Source: an uncultured Desulfatitalea sp. (lineage in GTDB: Bacteria > Desulfobacterota > Desulfobacteria > Desulfobacterales > Desulfosarcinaceae). From it: a stretch of 64,000 nt of DNA. The stretch covers positions 576,001 to 640,000 of the forward strand of contig CAXXMB010000001.1 in NCBI GenBank assembly GCA_963668675.2. Direction: 5' to 3'. Positions 1 to 10,187 of this stretch are shown one piece after another. Numbering within the stretch: the stretch's first letter is position 1; every line of letters starts with the position of its first letter. Made by a program: the position numbers and the translations under genes. Below the pieces are notes generated by a model, which searched no databases, was not told the DNA's origin, and saw only the letters and a list, made by a program, of their open reading frames with translations.

Positions 1-2
1 AG

Positions 3-785
3 TGGGCCGCTTTCTGGCGGCGCGCCCTGATGATGGGGGTTGAGATTGTTAAGGCGGGGTTCGATGCGGATCCGAAATGGTCGGAAGGTGACTTTCAACA
101 TGAGCTTGGCATGCTCCGAAAAGAGATTCGCCAATCCCTTTTCAAAGCTGCGGCAACAGCTTTGCCTGCAGCGAAACCCGTCCACGCCGACAGCGACGGC
201 GCCATCGCAGCCATCCTCAAATCGATGCTCAACAGCTGGCCGGCCGCAGATACCGCCGTTGAAGGTAAAACATCATTTTCGTCCAAGCTGTTGAAAGAGG
301 AGGTCTCCTCGCCGGCGTCCAAGAATGAAGACGGTGATTATGTAGAGACGGTGATCCTTGGAAAGGAGGAGGTCCTGGAAGCCCGGACGGAGAGCACCAT
401 GCAGCATCCACCGGATCCAATGGAGATGGAAGAGACGGTGGTCATGCGTGTTGCGGATAGCGCCCCCAAACCTGAGACTGAGAAAGATAACGCATCATTG
501 GATGCCACAGTGGTGATCCAAAGCGACCCCGCCCGGAACGGTGCCTCCAACTGGACGACGGATATGGAGGAAACCGTGGTGATATCGGCATCGCCCAAAA
601 AACAAACCCCTGATGAGGCGTTGGAAAAGACAGTGGTGCTGGGGGCACCAAAAGCCAGCGAAAGGTCGGGTTTTGGAGCCGATTCGGAAACACCGGCGCA
701 GGATGCATCCTCGGATGCGGATGATCTGGAGAAGACCGTCATCATTCAATCCACTAAGACCAAAGGTAAAACGTCGAAATCATGA
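3..785 (+). CDS. T6SS-associated hypothetical protein, 5'-truncated by the window edge; acidic low-complexity C-terminus with six T-V-[V/I]-[L/M/I] motifs
   Basis: Frame is open from nt 3 (TGG GCC GCT TTC...) through the track's ATG at 30. Its stop overlaps the next ATG (ATGA at 782-785), suggesting translational coupling. Confidence 0.75.
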   Translation, partial: WAAFWRRALMMGVEIVKAGFDADPKWSEGDFQHELGMLRKEIRQSLFKAAATALPAAKPVHADSDGAIAAILKSMLNSWPAADTAVEGKTSFSSKLLKEEVSSPASKNEDGDYVETVILGKEEVLEARTESTMQHPPDPMEMEETVVMRVADSAPKPETEKDNASLDATVVIQSDPARNGASNWTTDMEETVVISASPKKQTPDEALEKTVVLGAPKASERSGFGADSETPAQDASSDADDLEKTVIIQSTKTKGKTSKS

Positions 786-1519
786 TTGACCAGGGCCTTG
801 TAAATCAGTTGACGGATGAGATTCGGGATATCTACGCCGCAGACCCGTCGGGAGCCGGCCAGGCCATCGACAGACACATCAAAGAGCGGTTGGCCGACAG
901 GGGTGATGATGGCCGTGCCGTGGTGCAGCAGATGTTGGCAGGACTATTGCCGGATGCCAACCATTGCGATAGCGAAAGCAATGCCGCTGAAGACAAGGAG
1001 ATCCTGACAAGGGTCTTCGGCCTGTTACTGGGAAGAAAAGTGACCCCGGACGATCTCTCCTCTACGGAGCTGCTCGGGCGTCTGGCCAACTCCCTGAATA
1101 CCATCTTTGACACGTTGAATCAGCTGATCAGCGTAATCAACATGACCTTTTCAGCAGGAGACGACCAAGGTGAGCAGACCATCCGGCAGGTGATCGGATT
1201 TCACCTGGAGGGCGAAGATCAAACCCAATCACTGGAGGCTTACCTGGGGCAAATCAACCAGGCATTTCTCACTACCCAGGAGGCCTTCAAGAAGGCGGCT
1301 CGCACCAAAGTCGCCCAGATCTTGCAAGCCCTGGATCCGGAAAAACTGGCCGCCGAGCGTGGTGGCGGCCTTAAAATAGGTCCCATGCGCAAAGCGGAGG
1401 ATTTCGATATCCTGAGGGAGAAGATCAACCGAATCCAGCGCTGGTTCGATTCGGGACGCTTTATGGATGACTATTTGAGGGAGTTCGAGAGAAATTGCGA
1501 GTCACTTTCAACGAAGTAA
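782..1519 (+). CDS. T6SS accessory protein resembling the C-terminal domain of Fha/TagH, without an FHA domain
   Basis: The segment ILQALDPEKL...RKAEDFDIL...RFMDDYLREFERNC resembles the Fha/TagH C-terminal pattern (LLxRFDPxxL...RKAxxWD...LFGREFxRAYE). It occupies the fha position directly upstream of tssJ-tssK-tssL. Confidence 0.55.
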   Translation: MIDQGLVNQLTDEIRDIYAADPSGAGQAIDRHIKERLADRGDDGRAVVQQMLAGLLPDANHCDSESNAAEDKEILTRVFGLLLGRKVTPDDLSSTELLGRLANSLNTIFDTLNQLISVINMTFSAGDDQGEQTIRQVIGFHLEGEDQTQSLEAYLGQINQAFLTTQEAFKKAARTKVAQILQALDPEKLAAERGGGLKIGPMRKAEDFDILREKINRIQRWFDSGRFMDDYLREFERNCESLSTK

Positions 1520-1532
1520 GGAGGTTGTTCCG

Positions 1533-2057
1533 ATGACCTATAAAAAATCGATGTTTTTTGTGGTTGTGGTGTTGCTCCTGACAGCTTGCGCTTCGGCACC
1601 GCTGCCGCCCCCGGAGTGGACCTATGAAAAGGATGCCATCGAGATCCAATTGAAAGCAGATCCCAAACTCAATTTCGACGATGGTGTACCCCATACCCTG
1701 GTGCTATGCCTCTACCAGCTTCGGGATCCCAACACCTTCAATCAGCTCTCCGACGATACGGACGGCATCTACAAATTGCTGGAGTGTGGGCTTTTCGATG
1801 GCAGTGTGGCAACGGCCAAGCGCTTGATCGTGCATCCGGGGCAAGATACCAAGGTGACCCTGGATCGCGCCGAAGGAGCCAAGTACGTGGCCGTGGCGGC
1901 CGGTTACTATGTGCTGCAAAAGGAGCGCATGATCCGGTTGATCGATATCCCTGTTACCATCGAGACCAAGGGGTTGATCAAACGGACCAAGCTGTCGAAG
2001 CCTGGGCGCCTGACGATCGAGTTGGAGTTGGGGCCATCGCAAATCAAACAGAAGTGA
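1533..2057 (+). CDS. tssJ: T6SS outer-membrane lipoprotein TssJ
   Basis: Lipobox LLTAC; motifs ADPKLN...LYQLRDPNTF and YVAVAAGY; SD AGGAGG; upstream of tssK. Confidence 0.9.
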   Translation: MTYKKSMFFVVVVLLLTACASAPLPPPEWTYEKDAIEIQLKADPKLNFDDGVPHTLVLCLYQLRDPNTFNQLSDDTDGIYKLLECGLFDGSVATAKRLIVHPGQDTKVTLDRAEGAKYVAVAAGYYVLQKERMIRLIDIPVTIETKGLIKRTKLSKPGRLTIELELGPSQIKQK

Positions 2058-2150
2058 TCGGTAGATTGGGCTGCATGTCGAACTGATCTGGCTTGGCGCC
2101 GTTTGCAACCAAAGGCGGCAAGGGAAATAATAACCCGCCTCCAAGGAACA

Positions 2151-3539
2151 ATGATGGAAAAACCGCTATTCTGGCATCAAGGGCTTTTTCTGCAACCCCA
2201 ACACCTGCAGCTGACCAGCCGGTACCATGAGGCACTGAATGTGCCGTTGAAATCCTTCCTGCAGCCTCACTTTTGGGGGGTTGGTGACTATAGCGTACAG
2301 AGCGCCGCTCTTGCCAACCGCAGCTTTCATCTGGATGCCGGTCGTTTTCTCTTCCCCGACATGACTTATGTTGAGATTCCGGGTAACGCCGTTGTTATGC
2401 CGCGCTCGTTCGAGAAGGATTGGGATAAGGGCAGCCAGGCGTTTGGCGTCTATCTGGGACTGCGCAAATTCAACCCCAAAGAGCGCAATGTCACAGTCGT
2501 CTCCGATCCAAGCAATGTCTCCGATGTCAACACCCGATGGGTGACGGCCACAACGGCGGAAAAGGTGCCGGATCTTCATCTCGACGGGCCGGAGGCCGAT
2601 GTGCAGCGGTTGAGTTATGTCCTTAAACTCTTCTGGGAATCGGAACAGGAACAGCTCGGCGATTATGAATTGATACCGCTGGCAAGGCTGGAGAAAGATC
2701 AGGACCAGGTGCGTTTTTCCAGCCACTATATACCGCCATGCGTCTCGATCGGAGCTGACGAACGGCTTTTCGGCATTATCAAGGAGATTCGTGATCAGAT
2801 CGGTGCACGCAGCCGGCAGCTGGAGTCCTACAAGCGCGACCGGGGTCTCCATTCGGCTGAATTTGGTGCGCGGGATATGGTTTACCTGCTGGCCTTGCGA
2901 TCGCTGAACCGATATGCATCGCTGCTTGGGCACTACACTGCTGCGAAACATGGTCATCCCTGGACGGTTTTCGGGCTGCTGTGCCAGTTGATCGGGGAAT
3001 TGACCACCTTTTCCGGAGATATCGGGTACACCGGAGAGGATCGCGAGGGGCAGCGCTTGCTGTCCGAGTACGATCACCACGATCTCGGGGCCTGTTTCGG
3101 ATCTGCACTCGGGTTGATTACCCAACTGCTTGATCAGATCACGGCCGGACCGGAGCACATCATGCCCCTGCTCTACGACGGCACCTATTTCGGTACCGAA
3201 CTGCCCCCTGCCATTTTCGACGGCCGCAACCGGTTTTTTCTTGTGGTTGAGACCGAATCGGCCCCGCAGGAGGTATTGCCGGCCCTGGAGGGCATTGCAA
3301 AACTCGGGTGCCGCGAGTCGCTGCCCATTCTCATCGCCCGCTCCCTTTCAGGGGTCGGCCTCGACCATCTGGAAACACCGCCCCAGGAACTGCCCCGGCG
3401 TGGTCATGCGCTCTACTTCCAGATCGATCACCATAGCGACCAGTGGGCTCAGGTTCAAAAAAGCAAAAATTTGGCGCTATACTGGGATACGGCACCGGAA
3501 GATATGAAAGTTGAACTTATGGTCGTGGGAAGGAGTTAG
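2151..3539 (+). CDS. tssK: T6SS baseplate subunit TssK
   Basis: N-terminal WHQGLFLQPQHLQ, plus YIPPC and LPRR...YFQID motifs; ATG at 2151/2154 after AAGGA. Confidence 0.95.
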   Translation: MMEKPLFWHQGLFLQPQHLQLTSRYHEALNVPLKSFLQPHFWGVGDYSVQSAALANRSFHLDAGRFLFPDMTYVEIPGNAVVMPRSFEKDWDKGSQAFGVYLGLRKFNPKERNVTVVSDPSNVSDVNTRWVTATTAEKVPDLHLDGPEADVQRLSYVLKLFWESEQEQLGDYELIPLARLEKDQDQVRFSSHYIPPCVSIGADERLFGIIKEIRDQIGARSRQLESYKRDRGLHSAEFGARDMVYLLALRSLNRYASLLGHYTAAKHGHPWTVFGLLCQLIGELTTFSGDIGYTGEDREGQRLLSEYDHHDLGACFGSALGLITQLLDQITAGPEHIMPLLYDGTYFGTELPPAIFDGRNRFFLVVETESAPQEVLPALEGIAKLGCRESLPILIARSLSGVGLDHLETPPQELPRRGHALYFQIDHHSDQWAQVQKSKNLALYWDTAPEDMKVELMVVGRS

Positions 3540-3546
3540 GATCGCC

Positions 3547-4224
3547 ATGCGTTTGTCCGACTGCTTTATGGAAATCATTGCATATGTCACCTTTGTCATC
3601 CGAAGCGCTGAAAGTTCACCCATCGCTTACGAACAGGTGCGCAGCAACATGCAACGGTTGATTGCAAAGAGTGAAGCGCATTTGGAGGGGGGGCAGTTCA
3701 CCCAAGAGGATTTCAACCTGGCCCGCTTTGCGGTCTTTGCGTGGGTGGACGAGAGCATTCTCTCATCGTCATGGGAGGGCAGATTGCAGTGGCAACGCGA
3801 ACAGCTGCAGCGGCAATACTATCAGACCGCCGATGCAGGAGAACTTTTCTTCGATCGGCTCAATGCCATCGGTCCCCACCAGCGAGATGTGCGTGAAGTC
3901 TACTTTCTCTGTCTGGCGCTGGGATTTGCCGGGCAGTATTGCAACGAGGGTGATGACTTTCTTCTTGAGCAGCTCAGAACTTCCAATCTTAAATTGCTGA
4001 TCGGAAGTTCGGTTGGCATCCCGAGTCTTGAAAAGGAAGATCTCTTCCCTTCGGCATACCCGCAGCAGAGAGCCGACGCGCCAGTTGAGATGCGAAAGGA
4101 GCGATGGTCACGTTTTACCCTTTTGTGTGCAGGTGCGCCCGTCGCTCTGTTCGGGGTTTTGTTCCTGATCTATAAATTTATTCTCGGCAGCATTGCGGGT
4201 AACCTCATTGGTACGGTGCAGTAG
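3547..4224 (+). CDS. tssL: T6SS membrane subunit TssL (DotU family), C-terminal TM, no OmpA-like domain
   Basis: ARFAVFAWVDE, LQRQYY...AGELFF and VYFLCLALGFAGQY DotU motifs. Confidence 0.93.
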   Translation: MRLSDCFMEIIAYVTFVIRSAESSPIAYEQVRSNMQRLIAKSEAHLEGGQFTQEDFNLARFAVFAWVDESILSSSWEGRLQWQREQLQRQYYQTADAGELFFDRLNAIGPHQRDVREVYFLCLALGFAGQYCNEGDDFLLEQLRTSNLKLLIGSSVGIPSLEKEDLFPSAYPQQRADAPVEMRKERWSRFTLLCAGAPVALFGVLFLIYKFILGSIAGNLIGTVQ

Positions 4225-7200
4225 ATGAAACAGATACTCAGAGTGGTTTTCAAAGGTTTTTTACTGCTGACCCTCCTGGCGTTGGTCATACTGCTGGTGT
4301 TCGGACTGGTGCTATGGATAGGGTGGTCCTGGTGGGTCGGTTTTTTTCTGCTGCTCGGATTGATCGGCCTGGTGCTGGGTGCCCTGGTCGTTCGCAAAGT
4401 GCTTGGGCGCCGGAGGGAACAGATGTTCGTTCACCAGGTGATTGCCCAGGACGAATCCATGCAAAAGAGCATGGCACCCGCCGAACAGGACACGGCCAAG
4501 GAACTTCAGGCGCGCTGGAAAGAGGCGATCGACGCCCTGCGCAAATCCCATCTGAGAAAATATGGCAATCCCCTCTACGTGCTGCCATGGTATATGGTCA
4601 TCGGTGAAAGCGGCTCCGGAAAAACAACTGCCATCAAGAGTGCGCGTCTCTCCTCACCGTTTGCCGAGGTAAGCCACACCTCCGGCATCTCCGGAACCCG
4701 CAATTGCGATTGGTGGTTTTTCGAGCAGGCCATCCTGCTCGATACGGCCGGAAGATATGCGCTGCCGGTGGACGAAGGCAAGGACAAGGAGGAGTGGCAG
4801 AAATTTCTGACCCTGCTGGCCAGATTTCGAAAAAGAGAGCCCCTCAACGGACTGGTGGTGACGGTCGCCGCCGACCGGCTGGCCCAGGGAACGGTCGAAG
4901 CCCTCCTGGAGGATGGCCGCAATATCCGACGGCGCATCGAGGAGCTGACGCGGGTACTGGGTGCCAAATCACCTGTCTACGTGATGGTGACCAAATGCGA
5001 TCTGATCCAGGGCGCCAGTCAATTCTGCAGTCAGTTGCCCGAAGATGCGCTGAACCAAGCCATGGGCTACCTGAATCAGGAGATGAGTTCAAACGCAAGC
5101 AACGTGATCGAAAAGACCATGCGCAGTGTGGGTGACCAGTTGCGCGATATGCGGCTCTTGCTGCTGCAGCGGATCAAGGACCGAAGTGCTGCAGCAGACA
5201 TGCTTCTGTTCCCCGAAGAGCTGGAGAACCTGAAGGAGAAGATCAACGCTTTCGTATCGAGCATCTTTCAGGAGAATCCCTATCAGGAGACACCTCTTTT
5301 AAGGGGAATCTACTTCAGTAGCGGGCGACAGGAGGGGACCCCCTTTTCACACTTTTTGAATGCCTTGGGACTGATTCAGGCGCCGGAGGTGTTGAAGGGC
5401 ACCAACATCGGGCTGTTTCTGCACGATGTGTTTGCCAAAATTCTGCCGGCCGATCGCCACTTGTTCAGGCCCACCCAGCACATGCAGGAGTGGCGTAAAC
5501 TGACCCGCAACATGGGGCTGACCGCGTGGATTGCATTCATGGTGGCCGTGTGTGGATTGCTCAGCTACTCGTTTGTAAAGAATCTCACCGCACTCTCCGA
5601 TGTGCGTAAAGAGTTCCAGAAGCCGGCGCTCCTCCAAGGGGAACTGCTGGCGGACGTGATCGTCATGGACCGCTTTCGTGAAGCGGTAGTCAAAGTGGAA
5701 GAGCAGAACCAAAGCTGGTGGATCCCCCGGCTAGGGCTTCGTGAAAGTCTTGAGGTCGAAGATGCGTTGAAGCAAAAGTACGTGGATCTCTTCCAAAAGG
5801 GGTTTCTCCAGCGGTTCGATAAAGCGATGAACGATCGTTTGACGCGATTCAGTCCAGAGACGCCCAGCGAGGTGTTCGGTGTCCACGTGACCCATCTGGT
5901 CCGCCGCATCAATCTTCTCAAAGCACGTATCGCTCAGCAGGAGCTATCGCAGTTGACTGCATTGGCTCAACCGGCCTATGCCTCCGCTGTCTTGGGGCGT
6001 GAGGAGATTATTCCTGAGATCCAACGAAAGATCGGCACCGACTATCTGTACGCCGTGGCCTGGGACCTTGATTCGAACCGCATCAACAATGAACTGACCG
6101 CTCTGCAGACCTGGTTGAAGCACCTGCTGACCATGGAGGGGGCAAATCTTAACTGGCTGGCTTCCTGGGTCAACCTCGATCCTTCCGTTGTCGGCGTTAC
6201 CCTCTATGATTTTTGGGGAGGAAGTGCAGAGGCTGAACAGGCGACCGTACCGGGGGCATTTACGCAGGAGGGAAAAGCCAAGATCGATAAGACCATTGCA
6301 GAGATCGAATCCGCACTGTTCGATCCGCTGATCATCGCAGCCCATAAGGTAACCTTTGCCGATTGGTATCAAAACAAATTCATCAAGTCGTGGCAGTCAT
6401 TTGCGTCCGAATTCGACCAGGGGCTCACACTGCTTAACGAACGGGAGCATTGGCAGGTGGTTGCCAAGCGTGTACCGACCGACAGCGGCCCCTACTTTGC
6501 GCTGATCGAGCGCGTGGTCGCCGAGTTTCAGTCCTTCGATCCGGAGGTGGCCATCCCCGATTGGGCCGGACTGGCCTATCTCTGGCAGGATATTCAGGAT
6601 GAAGCCCGCTCCTCACACGCACCGGATCTTCAGAAGGCGGGGATCATACGAAAGGCGACCCGCAAGGTGACCTCAAAGATAAAGAAGGCCGAGCGCGCTT
6701 TTGGCGTAAAGGTGAGGAAACCCTTGGACGCCAAGGCGCAGCTGGATGCCACCAAGGCGATGGGGGCCTATCTGACATCCCTGGACGACATGGCCAAAGC
6801 GACCCAATCCAGAAAGGTGGCTTTCGATATGATGACCGCCCTCTATCAGCAGGATGCCTCTACCGGGGATTCACCATTTCTGGTGGCCACCCGGGCTACT
6901 GAGGATATGCGGGCCATCATGACCGACACCCAGAACGAGAGCGAAGCGCTTTTCTGGAACCTTGTTCAGGGCAATGTCCGTTTCATGCAAACCTACGCCA
7001 ACCGTGAGACCTCATGCCATTTGCAGAGCCTCTGGGAAAAAGAGGTGCTGCTTGAGCTCCAGGATGTCAGTAAGGACACCAATATGGCACAGGTGATGAT
7101 GGGCAGCAACGGGTATGCCTCGCAATTCGTCAAAGGGCCGGCAGCCCCGTTTGTGGCACGTAGTTTGAGCAAAGGGTACTATGCCAAGAAAATTCTTGCG

Positions 7201-7713
7201 CAGGAGATTCCTTTCGAGGCCGATTTCCTGCCCTATCTGAGCAAAGGCGCCCACGCCGCCCGACCGACCAAAAGCAGCTATCGCGTAAAGGTCAGGGCGT
7301 ACCCCACCGACACGAACCGCAACGCCAAACTGCAACCCCACTCCACAGTACTGGAGATGCAGTGTGCTGATGACAGCACGCGGCTGGAAAACTTGAACTA
7401 TCCGGTTGCCAAGACGTTCGTTTGGTCGCCGGGCAACTGCGGTGACGTTCTTTTCCGGATTTCGATAGGCAATCTGGTGCTGACCAAAACCTATACCGGG
7501 CACCACGCATTCGCGAAATTCTTGCACGATTTCAAAACCGGCCAGCGAACTTTTAAACGTAGCGAGTTTCCCAGCGAAGAAGCGGCTTTAAGGCGCATGG
7601 GCGTCAGCTATATCAAGGCCAAATATCAATTCCAGGGACAAAAAGCGGTTCTGGGGTTGCTTTACAGCGCCCCCGGGGCACCACCGCGGAAAATTGCAGC
7701 ATGTTGGGACTAG
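4225..7713 (+). CDS. tssM: T6SS membrane subunit TssM (IcmF)
   Basis: N-terminal TMs; YVLPWYMVIGESGSGKTT Walker A; CDWWF, LLDTAGRY, PLNGLVV and LRGIYFSS motifs. Confidence 0.95.
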   Translation: MKQILRVVFKGFLLLTLLALVILLVFGLVLWIGWSWWVGFFLLLGLIGLVLGALVVRKVLGRRREQMFVHQVIAQDESMQKSMAPAEQDTAKELQARWKEAIDALRKSHLRKYGNPLYVLPWYMVIGESGSGKTTAIKSARLSSPFAEVSHTSGISGTRNCDWWFFEQAILLDTAGRYALPVDEGKDKEEWQKFLTLLARFRKREPLNGLVVTVAADRLAQGTVEALLEDGRNIRRRIEELTRVLGAKSPVYVMVTKCDLIQGASQFCSQLPEDALNQAMGYLNQEMSSNASNVIEKTMRSVGDQLRDMRLLLLQRIKDRSAAADMLLFPEELENLKEKINAFVSSIFQENPYQETPLLRGIYFSSGRQEGTPFSHFLNALGLIQAPEVLKGTNIGLFLHDVFAKILPADRHLFRPTQHMQEWRKLTRNMGLTAWIAFMVAVCGLLSYSFVKNLTALSDVRKEFQKPALLQGELLADVIVMDRFREAVVKVEEQNQSWWIPRLGLRESLEVEDALKQKYVDLFQKGFLQRFDKAMNDRLTRFSPETPSEVFGVHVTHLVRRINLLKARIAQQELSQLTALAQPAYASAVLGREEIIPEIQRKIGTDYLYAVAWDLDSNRINNELTALQTWLKHLLTMEGANLNWLASWVNLDPSVVGVTLYDFWGGSAEAEQATVPGAFTQEGKAKIDKTIAEIESALFDPLIIAAHKVTFADWYQNKFIKSWQSFASEFDQGLTLLNEREHWQVVAKRVPTDSGPYFALIERVVAEFQSFDPEVAIPDWAGLAYLWQDIQDEARSSHAPDLQKAGIIRKATRKVTSKIKKAERAFGVKVRKPLDAKAQLDATKAMGAYLTSLDDMAKATQSRKVAFDMMTALYQQDASTGDSPFLVATRATEDMRAIMTDTQNESEALFWNLVQGNVRFMQTYANRETSCHLQSLWEKEVLLELQDVSKDTNMAQVMMGSNGYASQFVKGPAAPFVARSLSKGYYAKKILAQEIPFEADFLPYLSKGAHAARPTKSSYRVKVRAYPTDTNRNAKLQPHSTVLEMQCADDSTRLENLNYPVAKTFVWSPGNCGDVLFRISIGNLVLTKTYTGHHAFAKFLHDFKTGQRTFKRSEFPSEEAALRRMGVSYIKAKYQFQGQKAVLGLLYSAPGAPPRKIAACWD

Positions 7714-8435
7714 GCCGACGAGGCAATATCTGGCGCTGGAAAGCGATTGGTAAACATCCGGCGGCAGCCGACTATATCAATGTCAATAGCGGTACGCCGA
7801 TGATGGACGCCATCGCCGAGTGGATGACCAAAGGGTATACTGGTTTGCCGGCCGGCCGGCCGCCGACGAGTGGTCCTTACTCCTGGCGCTTCTGGTTCAG
7901 GGGAGCAAAAAAGGGAACTCTGGTTTGCGGTGTCGGGCGCGACTCCAGCGACCGCATCGGACGACCCTACCCCCTTCTGATTGTTGGAGAGGGGCCACTG
8001 AAGGGATGGGAGAAGCAATGGACGACGCTTCCTCTCGTGTTGACCAAAATATGGACCCATATCGAACGGATGGCAGCTCATCGTTATGCGGATATCCATG
8101 AACTGGGCGAGTCGTTAAGCCAACTCCTGCCACCCCATATCGAATCGGATGTATCCGAAGCGGTTGGCAAAGCGAAGGCCGATACGATCGACCCGGAGAC
8201 GGTCGAACGGCATCTGCGCACCCTGAGAGAAGAGGGACGGGTATTGGTGCCATTGAACGACCGCGACGCGGCGGAACCCGAAATGGCCGCCGTGCATTGG
8301 CAAGGCGATCTTGGCGCCTGTTGCCCGGAAGTACCGAGGGCTGTTTTCCTTGGCGGCAACCCGCAGCGATCGTTCCTGGCCTTGATTCAGCAACCGCTTG
8401 CGATGACCGATTTCACCACTTTGTGGAGCGTTTGA
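7701..8435 (+). CDS. tagF: T6SS-associated post-translational regulator TagF (no fused PppA phosphatase)
   Basis: GKHPAAADY, WRFW and SSDRIGRPYPL match the TagF_N pattern GKxP..GDF...S.D.VGR.FP; follows tssM. Confidence 0.85.
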   Translation: MLGLGRRGNIWRWKAIGKHPAAADYINVNSGTPMMDAIAEWMTKGYTGLPAGRPPTSGPYSWRFWFRGAKKGTLVCGVGRDSSDRIGRPYPLLIVGEGPLKGWEKQWTTLPLVLTKIWTHIERMAAHRYADIHELGESLSQLLPPHIESDVSEAVGKAKADTIDPETVERHLRTLREEGRVLVPLNDRDAAEPEMAAVHWQGDLGACCPEVPRAVFLGGNPQRSFLALIQQPLAMTDFTTLWSV

Positions 8436-8481
8436 ACCTTTTATTGGATACGACACACCAATTCATAAAGGCTATCTATTT

Positions 8482-10110
8482 ATGGAAATGAACACACTCG
8501 GCAAGACACCGATTTCAGACGATCAACCCACAGGATCGGACGTACGTTACGAGCCTGAGTTTGAAAAACTGCAGGCTGAAATTGACAAGTTGTCCTCCCC
8601 CTCGGCTGATAGTCAGGTGGATTGGGTTCTTGTCGAAAAGGCGTCCGTCGGGATCCTGGAGAAGAAATCGAAAGACCTCACCGTGGCGTGTTATCTGGCT
8701 GTCGCGCTGGTATGCAATCGTAAGATCGAAGGGATGGACGACGGTCTTGCGATCTTGAAAGACCTGCTTGAAACCTACTGGGACAAACTCTACCCACCCA
8801 AAAAGCGCATGCGCGGTCGAATGGGGGCCATCAACTGGTGGTTGGAGAGAACCCAAGCCGAACTGCAAAAAGGGAAGCCGGCGCCGGTGCCGGCCGAGAT
8901 GTTCGAGAGAATAAAGGGCAACGTGAAGGGTATCGACGGGTTCCTCTCCGAAAAGATGCCGGATGCGCCGCTTTTACGCCCTTTGGAGCGCATCATCGAT
9001 GGATTCCCGGTTGAAAAGAGTGATGCAGCGCCGGCTGAAACAGAGAGCGAAACGGCAGGCGCAGCTCCTGCTCCGGGCAGCAGTGACGCTCCCCGGGAGA
9101 ATCGCAGCAGATCAACCGCACAGGACACGCCGGACCCGGCAGCAAGCACTGGAACCAGCGGAACCGAAGAGAATATCAGCGGCAGCATCACCAGCGCTGC
9201 TGAGGCACGTAAAGGGGCAGATGCCGGATTTCAGAGACTGCGCCAGGTCAGCCTCTTTCTGCTGCAAAACGATATGAAGAATCCACTGGCATATCGCTAT
9301 CGGCGTATCGCCTCCTGGGGGAGACTGACAGCATTGCCGCCAAACACAGATGGGACGACTCAGATTCAGGCACCGGCACCCCAAGTGCTTTCATCGCTGG
9401 AGACGCTGCTGTCCGAAGGGAAACTCGAGGCCCTCGTTCAAAATGCCGAGCAGAAGGTGTCCCAGTTTATCTTCTGGTTCGACCTCAATCGATGGGTGGT
9501 CGAGGCGCTCAACGATTTGGGGGCCGGTTACCAGAACGCTTCGCTCGCCGTTTGCCAGGAGACCACCCTGTTGATGGATCGTCTGCCCGGCCTGGAGACA
9601 CTTCAGTTTGCCGACGGCACTCCGTTTGCCGACCCTCAGACGTTGCAATGGCTGCAGGGGCTTGGGTCTTCCGGCAGTCAAGTCGGCAAAAAAGGGGGCG
9701 CTGCTTCAAAGGCAAGCGCCGACCCTTACGATGGATTCGGCGAGACGGTGAAAGAGGCCAGGTCGCTGGCACGTAAGAAGAAACTGATCGAGGCTGTTGA
9801 ACTGTTGCAGGCTGAGATGCGACAGAGCGCATCCCAGCGAGAACGCATGCAGTGGCGATTGGCCATAGCGCGCCTTCTCATGGAGATGAAAAAAGCACAA
9901 CTGGGCCTGCCCCATCTGGAGCAGATTATCGAGGATATCGACCGATTCAATTTGGAGATTTGGGAGCCGGAACTCGCCTTGGAGGGACTGACGACTGCAT
10001 GGCAGGCATTCGGCTCGCAGAGCGATACCGATTACAAAGCGCGTGCTGCCGCTTTGCTGGAGCGTATGGCCAGAGTGAACCCGGCAGCGGCGCTACGTGT
10101 GGCCAAATAG
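8482..10110 (+). CDS. tssA: T6SS TssA (ImpA_N domain plus VasJ-like C-terminus)
   Basis: PISDDQPTGSDVRYEPEF, SKDLTVACYL, YWDKLYP, LQFADGTPFAD and WEPELA motifs. Confidence 0.92.
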   Translation: MEMNTLGKTPISDDQPTGSDVRYEPEFEKLQAEIDKLSSPSADSQVDWVLVEKASVGILEKKSKDLTVACYLAVALVCNRKIEGMDDGLAILKDLLETYWDKLYPPKKRMRGRMGAINWWLERTQAELQKGKPAPVPAEMFERIKGNVKGIDGFLSEKMPDAPLLRPLERIIDGFPVEKSDAAPAETESETAGAAPAPGSSDAPRENRSRSTAQDTPDPAASTGTSGTEENISGSITSAAEARKGADAGFQRLRQVSLFLLQNDMKNPLAYRYRRIASWGRLTALPPNTDGTTQIQAPAPQVLSSLETLLSEGKLEALVQNAEQKVSQFIFWFDLNRWVVEALNDLGAGYQNASLAVCQETTLLMDRLPGLETLQFADGTPFADPQTLQWLQGLGSSGSQVGKKGGAASKASADPYDGFGETVKEARSLARKKKLIEAVELLQAEMRQSASQRERMQWRLAIARLLMEMKKAQLGLPHLEQIIEDIDRFNLEIWEPELALEGLTTAWQAFGSQSDTDYKARAAALLERMARVNPAAALRVAK

Positions 10111-10187
10111 TGTCAATCATATGGAGAGTGCGTAAAATCAGCTCGTCGAGCTTGTCAAACATTAACCCGTAGAAAGGGAGAAGTGTC

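Noticed and set aside
2166..3158. Long antisense ORFs (also 10748-11641, 17216-18208, 18673-19452, 23739-24584, 54557-55318, 59511-60407)
   Set aside because: They lie opposite well-supported genes and have no motifs; typical shadow ORFs in GC-rich DNA.
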